Source: an uncultured Actinomycetota bacterium
GTDB taxonomy: Bacteria > Actinomycetota > Actinomycetes > Propionibacteriales > Propionibacteriaceae
NCBI GenBank assembly: GCA_963746025.1
Contig: CAVUZU010000009.1
Coordinates: forward strand, 133,727 to 197,726
DNA length: 64,000 nucleotides
Direction of reading: 5' to 3'
Shown here: positions 1-9,289 of the stretch, one piece after another
How positions within the stretch are numbered: position 1 is the first letter of the stretch
How the letters are laid out: each line of letters starts with the position of its first letter
Position numbers and translations under genes: made by a program
The notes under the pieces: model-generated
The model's input: only the letters and a program-made list of their open reading frames with translations
What the model was told of the DNA's origin: nothing
Database searches by the model: none

Positions 1-98
1 AAGTCGTCGGGGACCTGCAGTTCGGTACGGAGTGCGGTCAGCCCATCGGCCACCTCCGCCTGGACCTGATCGGACAGGGCTACCTTGCGTGCCGGCAT
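1..98 (-). CDS. N-terminal fragment of a protein running off the window, possibly an RNB-domain (RNase II/R family) ribonuclease
   Basis: ATG at 98 preceded by a TAGGCT -10-like box; reads MPARKVALSDQVQAEVADGLTALRTELQVPDD, resembling actinobacterial RNB protein N-termini; only 32 codons visible. Confidence 0.4.
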   Translation of the reverse strand, partial: MPARKVALSDQVQAEVADGLTALRTELQVPDD

Positions 99-506
99 GC
101 CCGGAGCCTAGTGCCCCCGGCACGTGAACAGCGCAGGACACCAGCTCGATGCTTCATGATCATGGGGACGACGCGGGTCGTAGGGGATGCAGAGGTTTCG
201 GTCCGGGACGCAACAGTGGCTTGGTGCTGTCCCGGCCCGTCGTCCAGGCAGGCCTGCCGCGGCTAGGCACCTCGGCAGCCGGCCGCGACACCCGACACCA
301 CGCCCCAACCCCTCCGCCCTTGACGCGTCTTTCCGTCCGGCACGCCATCCGGCGGCCGGACCGCGCCTGTGTTCGAAATCGGAGCGGACTCGGCGGTCGA
401 TACTCGATGTCCGCACCCGGACCAACCGATCCGGACACCGGACGCGAGACCATGCTTCTTCATCGGAGCCCGTTGGAACACACCGGCGCCGCCGGGCCGC
501 GTGGCC

Positions 507-1715
507 TCACGGGCAGGGCACGGCGTCGTACTGTCCGGAGCGCCGGGCGACTTCGAGATCGACCGGGAGTTCGTGATCATCGAACGCCCGGGCCGCGGCG
601 GCGCACGCTCGACCGAAGTCCGATTCGGACGGCGCCCGGACGACGACGCGATAGCGCTCGCCGAATTCGACCCGCGCGAAGTCGGCCAGTTGGGCGACGG
701 TCCGGAGCGTCGTATCGAGCTCGGCGGTTCGGGTCACGGCCAGGTGCTCCGGCACGACGACCGACCGGGACGTGGTGCGTTCCGTCACCCGTAGCTCGTT
801 GATGGCCATCCCGTTGCTGTCCGTGGCGAGGACGTGGACCAGGGCGCGGGCCGTGTCGATCACCTGCTTCGGGCCGTCGACCGACGCGGCGATCTCGTAG
901 TCGCCGTCGATCGTGATCGACTGTGGCACCGCCGTCGGCAGGTCGGCGGCGATCCGGACCAGCAGGTCCACCGGCGGATACAGGACGTTCGGCTCGGGGA
1001 TGGAGCCACCCCTGACGATCGGGACACTCGCCGGTCCCAGGATCAGCCGCCACTCCCCCTCGAGGTAGAAGGCGCGATCCAGCACCGCCCGGGCTTGGCT
1101 CTGGGTGATCTCGCGGCGCAGCCGGATCTCGTTCTCGGCGTCGTCGACGGTGGCCACCCCGGGCAGGTCGCGGAGCTGCGCCGGCCCGGACAGCTGGCTC
1201 GCCTCGACCAGCGGGCTGACGATCGAAAAGACGCCATAGGCGAGCAGGACGACCGCGATCGAGTAGACCGCCGTCGGCACCTTGCCGAGCACCTCGCCCA
1301 GGCTCCGGCGCTGGGCCGCGGGTCGGCCCGGAGTTCGGGCTGACCGCGCGCGCCGGCTCGACCAGGAAGAGACCACCGACGTCGCTCGCGGCGGCGGCTG
1401 CGACCAGTCTCGGGTCACCCCGCTCGCCGCGCTCCGGTCGGGTTCGGGAGCTTCGATCAAGCCGTCCGGTCCGATGAAACCGTCGGGCTCTTCGCCCGGG
1501 GCCACGTCGCCCGTCGACAGCAGGTGTTCCGCCGGAATGATCAACGATTCGCCCGGGGTCAGCGCCGTCCGGTTCGCCAGGGCGGCGCGGTTGGCGTACC
1601 AGAGCTGGGTCCAGCGGCCGGCGTCGCCGTAGTAGCGCTCGGCCAACGAAACCAGGTCGTCGCCGAGCTGCACGCGGTGCTTCCCGCCGTTCGGCCGCTC
1701 CGTGGTCACCGACAT
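507..1715 (-). CDS. LysM domain-containing membrane protein
   Basis: N-terminal HRVQLGDDLVSLAERYYGDAGRWTQLWYANR...LTPGESLIIP is a LysM; single TM helix AVYSIAVVLLAYGVFSIVSPLV; GGGAG SD upstream. Confidence 0.75.
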   Translation of the reverse strand: MSVTTERPNGGKHRVQLGDDLVSLAERYYGDAGRWTQLWYANRAALANRTALTPGESLIIPAEHLLSTGDVAPGEEPDGFIGPDGLIEAPEPDRSAASGVTRDWSQPPPRATSVVSSWSSRRARSARTPGRPAAQRRSLGEVLGKVPTAVYSIAVVLLAYGVFSIVSPLVEASQLSGPAQLRDLPGVATVDDAENEIRLRREITQSQARAVLDRAFYLEGEWRLILGPASVPIVRGGSIPEPNVLYPPVDLLVRIAADLPTAVPQSITIDGDYEIAASVDGPKQVIDTARALVHVLATDSNGMAINELRVTERTTSRSVVVPEHLAVTRTAELDTTLRTVAQLADFARVEFGERYRVVVRAPSESDFGRACAAAARAFDDHELPVDLEVARRSGQYDAVPCP

Positions 1716-1789
1716 CTCCCGCTGATCGAGTCGGCGTGAGGATATCCCGGGTCAGGCTCAGCCCAGGCCGTCGGCCGGACGACGGGCCG

Positions 1790-2533
1790 TCAGAGGCCCG
1801 AGTTCTCCGTCCGCACCAGGATCCGGCTGCACTCCTCGCAGCGCAGGATCTCGTCATCGGCTGCGGCGGCGAACTCACGCAGCTCGGCGGCGTTGATCTC
1901 CAACTGGCAACCGGTGCAGCGACGGTTCCGCAGCTCGGCCGCGCCGACGCCGCCGTGCCCGGCCCGGATCCGCTCGTACAGCTTGAGCAGGTCGGTCGGC
2001 ACCTCCGGCTGGAGAGTGGCCCGCTCGGTCTTGCGTCCCGCGGCCTCGGTGTTGATCGCGGTCACCTTGGCGTCACGTTCATCGGTCAGCCGCTTGACGT
2101 CGGCCCGGACCTGATCGGCCGTGCCGGTGAGTTCGTTGGCCCGGGCGGTCGCCGTCTCGAGCTCCTCCATGATCTCCAGCTCGGCGTCCTCCAGGTCGGA
2201 GATCCGCTTCTGCAGGTGGTCGACCTCGGCGATCAGCGACTCCAGTTGTCGCGGGTCGGCGACCGTGCCGTCGGCGATCCGGGCCTGGTCACGGGCCAGT
2301 CGCTGGCGTACCGGCTCCAGGTCGGCCTCGGCCTTCACCTGATCAGTGCTGAGATCACTGACCTCCGTCTCGGCCTCGATCAGGGCCGCCTCGACCTCGT
2401 CCCGGGACCGCTCCGCCGCCGCAAGTTGATCATGCTCGGCCAGCGTCTTGCGCCGGTGCAGCAGCTGCGCCAGCGCGCTGTCGAGCTGTTGCAGGGACAG
2501 CAGGCGCAGTTGGGCACCCTTATCGGCTTTGAT
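1790..2533 (-). CDS. C4-type zinc ribbon / coiled-coil protein (DUF164-like), likely non-canonical ATC start
   Basis: C-terminal RCTGCQL...RCEECSRIL; the frame stays open 65 codons upstream of the ORF-track start, reading (I)KADKGAQLRLLSLQQLD; SD GAAGGGAG lies 6 nt before ATC at 2533. Confidence 0.85.
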   Translation of the reverse strand: MKADKGAQLRLLSLQQLDSALAQLLHRRKTLAEHDQLAAAERSRDEVEAALIEAETEVSDLSTDQVKAEADLEPVRQRLARDQARIADGTVADPRQLESLIAEVDHLQKRISDLEDAELEIMEELETATARANELTGTADQVRADVKRLTDERDAKVTAINTEAAGRKTERATLQPEVPTDLLKLYERIRAGHGGVGAAELRNRRCTGCQLEINAAELREFAAAADDEILRCEECSRILVRTENSGL

Positions 2534-2701
2534 GATGTTCTCCCTTCGTGCGCCATGAATCTCGTGCGGCGAGCCTACTCAACCGGATCGGGGAATGAAT
2601 CGGCCCTCTGGATAGTTCGGTCCGGTTGTAGCCCGTTCCCTCGATCGTCGCCGACAGCGCAGTGGCGCGAACGATCGCAGCCCGACCTTCGAGGATCCCG
2701 C

Positions 2702-3955
2702 ATGACGACTGTGTCCGACCAGGTCACGCAGCCCGCACCGGCCTCGCTGGCCGACCGGTTCGTCGGGAGTGCCTACGTTCGGCTGGTCCTGGTCCTCGGC
2801 GCGCTCAGCGCGCTCGGACCACTCACCATCGACACCTATCTGCCCGCGTTGCCGGCGCTGACCGAAGACCTACGCGCGACCGACGCGCAAGCGCAACTGA
2901 CCCTGACGGGCGTGCTCGCCGGGATCGGGGTCGGTCAGCTGATCATCGGGCCGCTGTCCGATGCGATCGGTCGGCGCAAGCCGCTGCTGTTCGGCCTGCT
3001 CGGGCACGGCCTGATGTCGGTGCTCTGCGCCCTCGCGCCCTCGGTCGAGTTGCTCGCTGTCACCCGGACCGTGCAGGGCCTGGCCGGCGCCGCCGTCTCG
3101 GTCGTCGCGATGGCGATGGTGCGGGACCTGTTCACCGGCCTCAAGGCGGCGCAACTGCTGTCCCGGCTGGTGCTGGTGATGGGCATCGCGCCGATCCTGG
3201 CGCCGTCGCTCGGCGGCGCGCTGCTGCAGCTGACCTCGTGGCGCGGCATCTTCGTGGTGCTGGCCATCGCGGCCGTCGGGCTGGTCGTGTTGGCCGCCGT
3301 CGCGCTGCCCGAGACGCTGCCGGTCGAGCGCCGACTGCCGGCCAGGATCGGTCGCTCCCTGGCCTCGTACCGCTTCCTGCTCAGTGACGGGCTGTTCGTG
3401 ATCATGGTCGGCATCGCCGGCCTGATGTTCGCGACGATGTTCGCCTACATCTCGGGTTCGCCGTTCGTGATGCAGGAACTGCACGGCCTGAGCCCGCAGC
3501 AGTACGGGCTGGTGTTCGGCATCATCGCCGCCGGCCTGATCGGGATGTCCCAGCTGAATCCGATCCTGGTCCGGCGCTTCGGCCCGGTCCGGGTGCTGCG
3601 TGGCGGCATCACGCTCGCGGTGGTCGCCAGCCTGGTCACCCTGTTGTTGGCGGTGACCCAGACCGGCGGCTTTCTGGGCCTGGTGATCCCGCTCTGGTTC
3701 GTGATCGCGTCGGCCGGTCTGTCGTTCCCGAACGCGCCGGCGATCGCGCTCAGCCGGCACGGCGAGGCAGCCGGGGCCGCGGCGGCCCTGCTCGGCTCGG
3801 CGCAGTTCCTGGTCGGCGGTCTGGCGGCCCCGCTGGTGGGTGCGCTGGCCGACGGATCGGCGGTGCCGATGGCGGCGGTGATGGTCGGCACCACCGGCCT
3901 GGCGCTGGTGCTGCTGCTGATCGGCCGGCGACAGATGTCGGCCTTCAAGTTCTGA
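2702..3955 (+). CDS. Bcr/CflA family multidrug efflux MFS transporter
   Basis: LSALGPLTIDTYLPALP and GQLIIGPLSDAIGRRKPLL motifs; about 12 hydrophobic segments; GAGGA SD before ATG 2702. Confidence 0.93.
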   Translation: MTTVSDQVTQPAPASLADRFVGSAYVRLVLVLGALSALGPLTIDTYLPALPALTEDLRATDAQAQLTLTGVLAGIGVGQLIIGPLSDAIGRRKPLLFGLLGHGLMSVLCALAPSVELLAVTRTVQGLAGAAVSVVAMAMVRDLFTGLKAAQLLSRLVLVMGIAPILAPSLGGALLQLTSWRGIFVVLAIAAVGLVVLAAVALPETLPVERRLPARIGRSLASYRFLLSDGLFVIMVGIAGLMFATMFAYISGSPFVMQELHGLSPQQYGLVFGIIAAGLIGMSQLNPILVRRFGPVRVLRGGITLAVVASLVTLLLAVTQTGGFLGLVIPLWFVIASAGLSFPNAPAIALSRHGEAAGAAAALLGSAQFLVGGLAAPLVGALADGSAVPMAAVMVGTTGLALVLLLIGRRQMSAFKF

Positions 3956-4046
3956 GGCTCGGACCCGGCGGGTATGCTGACCGCCGCCGGGGAGCCGCAA
4001 GGCTGGCCCTGGTCAAACGTGCATGAATTCAATCGAAGGAGCAAGC

Positions 4047-4322
4047 GTGAACCGAGCCGAACTCACCACGGCGATCGCCAAGGAGACCGAGCTGACCAAG
4101 GACTCCGTCGACCGGGTGCTGGATGCCCTGGCAGGGACCCTGGAGAAGGCCGCGTCTTCCGGCGACGAGGTGAAGTGGCCGGGTGTGTTCACCCTCGACG
4201 TCGTCGATCGGGCCGCCCGTCAGGGCCGTAACCCGCAGACCGGCGCAGCGATCGAGATCCCGGCCAGCAAGGCAGCCCGTCTCCGTCCCGGCACCCGGCT
4301 GAAGAAGGCCGCCAGCGCCTGA
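4047..4322 (+). CDS. HU family DNA-binding protein
   Basis: MNRAELTTAIA...RAARQGRNPQTGAAIEIPASK signature; SD GAAGGAG before GTG 4047. Confidence 0.93.
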   Translation: MNRAELTTAIAKETELTKDSVDRVLDALAGTLEKAASSGDEVKWPGVFTLDVVDRAARQGRNPQTGAAIEIPASKAARLRPGTRLKKAASA

Positions 4323-4380
4323 ACGGAGCAACAACCGTGGGCTGCGTCTCCGCCGGAGGCCGGCCCCGACGATCAAGCTC

Positions 4381-4420
4381 AGGACGCGTTCTCCCGCTCA
4401 TACCGGGAGGGCGCGTCCTT
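4381..4420. terminator. Intrinsic terminator-like hairpin between convergent genes
   Basis: AGGACGCGTTCTCCCG pairs with CGGGAGGGCGCGTCCT (two G-U pairs). Confidence 0.6.
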
Positions 4421-4463
4421 GCTGTCCGGGCTGGTCACGCCGCGTTTTCGTACTGCAGCGGCG

Positions 4464-5045
4464 TTAGGGCGCGTTCCACTGCAGGACGGCCGGATCGTCC
4501 TTCTCGGTGCCGAGCACGGACACGGTGCCGGTGTGCAGCGGGAAGTGGTTGCCGAGCCGCAGGTCGAAGCCGAGCCAACACAGGGTCAGCGCCCGCAGCG
4601 CGTGGCCGTGGCCGAAGCAGATCGCCCGTTCGACGCCGGACTCCCGGATCCGGCCGATCGCCCGGAGCAGCCGCTGCCGGACCTGATCGGCGGTCTCGCC
4701 GCCGGGCGCCGGATGCTCCCAGATGGTCCAGTCCGGCACCGTCTCGCGGATCTCTTCGCTGGTCTTGCCCTCGTAATCGCCGTAGCCCCACTCCACCAGG
4801 TCGTCGTCCAACGCCGGGGCGTGCCGGCCGGTGAACCCGGCCAGTTCGGCCGTCTGCCGGGCCCGCAGCCGGGGGCTGGACAGGACCAGACCGAACTCGG
4901 CCGGATCCAGCCTGGCCGCCAGGGATCTGGCCTGCTCCTCGCCCTTCGGGGTGAGCGGCAGATCGGTCACCGAGGTGTGCCGGCCGGCGGCGCTCCACTC
5001 GGTCTCACCGTGCCGGATCACGTACAGCTCGAGGTCCGCCGTCAT
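4464..5045 (-). CDS. Histidine phosphatase (phosphoglycerate mutase-like) family protein
   Basis: RHGETEWS, SSPRLRARQTA, EWGYGDYEG and FGHGH motifs; ATG overlaps the upstream stop (ATGA). Confidence 0.92.
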   Translation of the reverse strand: MTADLELYVIRHGETEWSAAGRHTSVTDLPLTPKGEEQARSLAARLDPAEFGLVLSSPRLRARQTAELAGFTGRHAPALDDDLVEWGYGDYEGKTSEEIRETVPDWTIWEHPAPGGETADQVRQRLLRAIGRIRESGVERAICFGHGHALRALTLCWLGFDLRLGNHFPLHTGTVSVLGTEKDDPAVLQWNAP

Positions 5046-5992
5046 CGCACCTCCTCCGCCTGGTCTCCGGCGCCGTCGCGATAGGGCTCGATCGCGACCG
5101 TGCCGCTGTAGATCCGCCAGTGCTCGCCGGCCCGGAGCCGCTTGACGATCAGCCGCTGCAGCGTGGTGTCCTGCGGCAAGGTGTCCAGGTCGACGTCGCC
5201 GCGCCGGTTGAAGGTGAAGAACAACGCGTCGCCGTCCGCCGGCCGGCCGTCCTGACGAAGCCGCCAGAGCCGCTGGAACCGGGCCATGTTGGAGTCCGCC
5301 GGCAGCCCGGCGGTGAGTTCCGGATCGAGCAGCCAACTGTGGCAGAACAACGTCGCCGCCGGGATCTCCGGGAAGTGCCGGTCGAAGAACGCGACCGCGG
5401 CGGCGAACGAGGCCTGGACACTGTCCGGGGTCAGCGGCCCCGTCCTGGGGATGTGGGTGGAGATCACCCAGCCTTTGTCGGCACCGCCGTCGAAGCTGTC
5501 CCGCTGCAGGTTGAACTGCAGCCGACCGAGCCAGTAGAGCGCGCCGGACCAGGCGACCCGGAGCCAGCCGAAGGTGTGCAGGCCGAACCGGTCGTACGTC
5601 AGCCGGTGCACGAAGACCTGTTGGCCGAGGTCGGACAGCGATCGCCAGGACACGTCGTCGGGGATGCCCCGGCTGGCGTGGAACGCGCGCACCTCGTCGA
5701 CCGCCGCCAGCAGGGCGAGCAGCGGCAGGATCCCGTCGGCACCGGGCCGGCCGGAGTCCAGGCCGTCCTCGGGTTCGTAGCCGGCCCAGGGATCCTCGCC
5801 GTCCCGGTCGAGGACACCGATCCCCTCGGCCAGTAGGGCGGCCCGGCGGCCGACCTCCGCCAGCAGTGACTGATCGCCGAGCACGCCTTCCACCACGGCC
5901 AGCAGGCAAGCGCGATCGTCGTCGCGAAAGCCCAGCAGTTCGGCCCGCTCGGGAAGGTCGGTGCGGCTGAGTTCGGAGTACGCGTCGACCAC
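5042..5992 (-). CDS. Acyltransferase domain-containing protein (GNAT-like C-terminus)
   Basis: LYWLGRLQF, HIPRTGPL, CHSWLLDP and SNMARFQ motifs typical of this family; leaderless GTG after TAGGGT. Confidence 0.75.
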   Translation of the reverse strand: MVDAYSELSRTDLPERAELLGFRDDDRACLLAVVEGVLGDQSLLAEVGRRAALLAEGIGVLDRDGEDPWAGYEPEDGLDSGRPGADGILPLLALLAAVDEVRAFHASRGIPDDVSWRSLSDLGQQVFVHRLTYDRFGLHTFGWLRVAWSGALYWLGRLQFNLQRDSFDGGADKGWVISTHIPRTGPLTPDSVQASFAAAVAFFDRHFPEIPAATLFCHSWLLDPELTAGLPADSNMARFQRLWRLRQDGRPADGDALFFTFNRRGDVDLDTLPQDTTLQRLIVKRLRAGEHWRIYSGTVAIEPYRDGAGDQAEEVR

Positions 5993-6077
5993 GTCGACAA
6001 CCCTAATCTCCGGCCTGGTCCGGCCGTTCGGCGACGGGTGACTTGGGGATGCCCGACCGTCGGGAGAGACTGGGCGA

Positions 6078-7580
6078 ATGAGCGAGAAGCAGCCGGTCGT
6101 GTCGAACCGTCAGACCCCGTTCTCGGACGCCTTCAAGGCGTTCATCGGGACCGATTGGGCGCCGTACCCGGCGGAGCTGCCGGAGCCGCTGCCGGCGTCG
6201 GCGTACGCACCGGCCCGGCGGGCCGCCGTGAGCGCGCTGTTCCCGGGTGAGCGGCTGATCGTGCCCGCGGGTGGACTGAAGGTCCGGTCCAACGACACCG
6301 ACTTCCGCTACCGGCCGCACTCGGCGTTCGCCCAGCTGACCGGACTGGGCACCGATCGGGAGCCGGACGCCGTGCTGGTCCTGGAGCCGACCGACGAGGG
6401 CCACGATCCGACGCTGTACTTCAAGCCGCGGGCGCCGCGGGACGCCGAGGAGTTCTACGCCAACGCACGGTACGGCGAGATGTGGGTCGGCCAGCGGCCG
6501 TCGCTGGACGAGATGGGTGAGCTCTGCGGCATCCGCTGCGCCGCCATCGACGAACTCGATGATGATCTTGCCAAGAACGCCGCCGACACCCCGCTGCGGA
6601 TCGTCGCCGACGCGGACGCCGACCTGACGGCCCGGGTGGTCGCCCTGCGCGCCGAGCAGCAGGCCGGCCAGCAGTCGGCCGAGGTCGCCGATGATCAAGA
6701 ACAGGTCGATCCCGACGCCGAGCTGGCGACCGCGCTGAGCGAGCTGCGGTTGATCAAGGACGAGTTCGAGGTCGAGCAGCTGCGGCAGGCGTGTGCGCGC
6801 AGTGCCGAGGCGTTTGCCGCCGTGGTCGCAGACCTGCCCGAGGCGGTCCGCCGCGGCCGCGGCGAGCGCTGGGTCGAGGGGATCTTCGGCCTGCACGCCC
6901 GGCACCTCGGCAACGCCGTGGGCTACGACACCATCGCGGCCTCCGGTGATCATGCCTGCACGCTGCACTGGATCCGCAACGACGGCGAGCTGACGCCGGG
7001 CGAGCTGATCTTGATCGACGCCGGGATCGAGCTGGACACCTTGTATACGGCGGATATCACCCGCACCCTGCCGGTGAACGGGACCTTCTCGGAGGCACAG
7101 CGCGAGGTCTATCTGGCCGTCCTCGAAGCCCAGGAGGCCGGCTTCCGGGCCGCCGTGCCGGGGGCAACGTTCTCCGACGTGCACGCCGCCGCGATCGAGG
7201 TGATCGCGCACCAGCTGGCCGACTGGGGCATCCTCCCGGTGTCCGCCGAGGAATCGTTGGACCCGGAGACCGGCGGTCAGCATCGCCGCTGGATGGTGCA
7301 CGGCACCTCGCATCACCTCGGCATCGACGTACACGACTGCGCCCAGGCCCGGCGAGAGAACTACCGCGAAGGCACGCTCACCCCAGGCATGATCATCACC
7401 ATCGAGCCCGGCCTCTACTTCAAGTCCGACGATCTGCTGGTGCCGGAACGGTTCCGGGGCATCGGGGTGCGGATCGAGGACGACGTCTTGATCACGGCGG
7501 ACGGCAACGAGAATCTCTCCTCGATGCTGCCCCGGACCCCGGACGACGTCGAATCCTGGATGCGCACTATCCTCTCCTGA
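6078..7580 (+). CDS. pepP: Xaa-Pro aminopeptidase (aminopeptidase P)
   Basis: RSNDTDFRYRPHS N-domain; metal ligands in DAG..D, HGTSHHLGIDVHD, TIEPGLYF and GVRIEDD. Confidence 0.95.
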   Translation: MSEKQPVVSNRQTPFSDAFKAFIGTDWAPYPAELPEPLPASAYAPARRAAVSALFPGERLIVPAGGLKVRSNDTDFRYRPHSAFAQLTGLGTDREPDAVLVLEPTDEGHDPTLYFKPRAPRDAEEFYANARYGEMWVGQRPSLDEMGELCGIRCAAIDELDDDLAKNAADTPLRIVADADADLTARVVALRAEQQAGQQSAEVADDQEQVDPDAELATALSELRLIKDEFEVEQLRQACARSAEAFAAVVADLPEAVRRGRGERWVEGIFGLHARHLGNAVGYDTIAASGDHACTLHWIRNDGELTPGELILIDAGIELDTLYTADITRTLPVNGTFSEAQREVYLAVLEAQEAGFRAAVPGATFSDVHAAAIEVIAHQLADWGILPVSAEESLDPETGGQHRRWMVHGTSHHLGIDVHDCAQARRENYREGTLTPGMIITIEPGLYFKSDDLLVPERFRGIGVRIEDDVLITADGNENLSSMLPRTPDDVESWMRTILS

Positions 7581-7605
7581 CTCTCTGGGGAAGTGGCTGA
7601 ATCCC

Positions 7606-7737
7606 GCGGTGGGGTCTGGGGTCTGTGCGCTGGCTACCATCCGCACGCGAGACGTTGAGCTTGGCTGCCGCGATCTGGGTGTGCGTGCTCCCGCCAGACC
7701 CAGCCACGCCAGCGCACAGACCCCCAGACCCCACCGC
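7606..7737. repeat. About 130-bp hairpin/MITE-like element (family D)
   Basis: GCGGTGGGGTCTGGGGTCTGTGCGCTGGC is inverted against GCCAGCGCACAGACCCCCAGACCCCACCGC; 19 bp of the right arm recur at 53693-53711. Confidence 0.7.
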
Positions 7738-7853
7738 TCACTTTCGCTCCCGCACATTCTCTACCGCCACGGCCGAGCGCTGATCGGGACTTGCCGACTG
7801 CCTCACCGAGCGCTTGGGGTGATCACGACGGCGACACCGCGGTGTCTCTCCTG

Positions 7854-7909
7854 GCCGACTTGTCAGAACTCAGTTGCGTCATAGGGCAACTCACTTCTGA
7901 CAACTCGGC
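7854..7909. repeat. Palindromic REP-like repeat, family B (TTGTCAGAACT...TTCTGACAA)
   Basis: Near-identical copies at 33206-33261 (inverted) and 34041-34095; related copy at 8121-8176. Confidence 0.85.
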
Positions 7910-7977
7910 GAGAGGGTCGCGCTGGGAGCGGGGCACCGCTGAGTATCCGCGAGATCACGTGCGGAGGCTTGAGTGTT

Positions 7978-8085
7978 CGTTCCCTGAGCTTGGCGAAGGG
8001 CAGGGGCGGGTCATCCAGGTCTTCGTTGGACCGCCGTGATCACAGCATGCCGCGATCGTGCACGCCCTTCGACAGGCTCAGGGAC
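7978..8085. repeat. Inverted doublet of REP-like repeat family A (CCCTTCGACAGGCTCAGGG)
   Basis: CGTTCCCTGAGCTTGGCGAAGGG at 7978 and GCCCTTCGACAGGCTCAGGGAC at 8064. Confidence 0.8.
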
Positions 8086-8120
8086 AAACACCCAAACCTC
8101 CACCCGTGGTCCCGGCCCAC

Positions 8121-8176
8121 GCCGAGTTGTCAGAACTGAGGACGGCTACAGCAAGCATCAGTTCTGACAACTCGGC
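8121..8176. repeat. Palindromic REP-like repeat, family B variant
   Basis: Perfect 19-bp inverted repeat GCCGAGTTGTCAGAACTGA / TCAGTTCTGACAACTCGGC. Confidence 0.8.
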
Positions 8177-8381
8177 AAGGTGATCAACTCGATGCTTCGA
8201 TGATCACGATCACGGTCGGTCACGAGTCCACTCACGCCTCGCCGGCGAGATCACTGTCGCCCGTCAGCCGCGATCGGATCGCTATCGACCGCGAGATCAG
8301 TTCAGCCCTCGGTGACCTGAATCCGGAGCAGCCCGATCAGCGCTCGGCTGAGGCGGAATCCCCACGCTGTTGCCAAAGGGA

Positions 8382-8515
8382 GCGGCGACCGGTGGGAGCC
8401 TGGGCGCGGGCGTGGACGGGCCTGGCGGGAGCCCGCGACGCAGAACAGCGGCAGCAGGCACCAAGATCACTGCGGGCGGATGGTTGCCCGCGCACAGACT
8501 CCCACCGGTCGCCGC
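8382..8515. repeat. About 134-bp hairpin/MITE-like element (family D-related)
   Basis: 30-bp inverted arms 8382-8411 and 8486-8515 with 2 mismatches; shares the GCGCACAGAC core with 7606-7737. Confidence 0.65.
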
Positions 8516-8551
8516 GAGACCAACAAAATCACATGACCAAAGACAGGATGA

Positions 8552-9058
8552 TCACTCGAAGGCAGCAGCCCGAGCCCCAGGCATCTGCAGCAAGAGTTCG
8601 CGCGCCCGCGCAGCCACCTTGTGCTCGCACAGCACCTCGTACTTGGTGGCCACGGTCTGCGTGACCGAGGTGAAGTCTCGTTTGCCCTGGGTCAGCGCGT
8701 ACCCGATGGCCTGGAAGACGATGCTGATCGCGATGCCGATCGCGAGGGCGACCAGGAACAGCACCAGCAGGTTCGGGACCGGGACGAAGATCAACATCAG
8801 CAGGGCGACCAACAGGCCGGTGGAGACGCCGGTCTGGACGCCGCTGATCAGCACGGTGCGCCAGGTCTTCCGGCCCAGCACCCGTTCCACCGACTTCAGC
8901 TCGGTGCCGACGATGGCGAGGTTCTGCACCTCGAATTTCTGGTCGGACAAGTAGTCCACGGCCTTCTGCGCGTCGGCGTAGCTGTTGTAGATCCCGACCG
9001 ACTGCGGGAACTCCAGCTCGAAGATCGAGCCGACACCTGGCGGCTGCGAGAATGACAT
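8552..9058 (-). CDS. General stress protein (17M/YflT-like), two TM helices
   Basis: YNSYADAQKAVDYLSDQKFEVQNLAIVG...KRDFTSV motif; GGAGGA SD; conserved position next to mgtE-N. Confidence 0.88.
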   Translation of the reverse strand: MSFSQPPGVGSIFELEFPQSVGIYNSYADAQKAVDYLSDQKFEVQNLAIVGTELKSVERVLGRKTWRTVLISGVQTGVSTGLLVALLMLIFVPVPNLLVLFLVALAIGIAISIVFQAIGYALTQGKRDFTSVTQTVATKYEVLCEHKVAARARELLLQMPGARAAAFE

Positions 9059-9289
9059 GGTTCCTCCTGGCATGAACTGACGCCCAATCTACTCTGCCGG
9101 ACCGAGAGTTGGCTGTGCCCGCGCGGCTCCGCGGGTGTCGCGTCGCCGATCGGGCTGCCCGGCTCCGCCGGCAGGACCAGGTTCAGCCCGCTCCGGAGTC
9201 GAGTCTCCGCTCGGCCGCAGCTCTGCCATCGCCGCCCGGGACGCCTCCGCAACCGTGCGAGACCCCGATCGCGGCGCTAGTCTCGGCTC

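Noticed and set aside
99-506. Possible ncRNA/riboswitch or small ORF (369-794) in the first intergenic region
   Set aside because: No recognisable tRNA, RNase P or riboswitch consensus; the ORF overlaps the LysM gene antisense and has no motifs
1736-2701. Apparent 739-aa ORF giving the Bcr/CflA transporter a long N-terminal extension
   Set aside because: The extension is antisense to the zinc-ribbon gene; the real start is ATG 2702 with an SD
4047-4322. HU lacking the GFG motif and the Lys-rich tail
   Set aside because: Short HU paralogs with a variant turn sequence are common in actinobacteria
6003-7757. Long antisense ORFs (for example 584 aa here, and 12281-14464, 48521-50770, 56761-59106)
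   Set aside because: Shadow frames of real high-GC genes on the opposite strand, with no recognisable motifs
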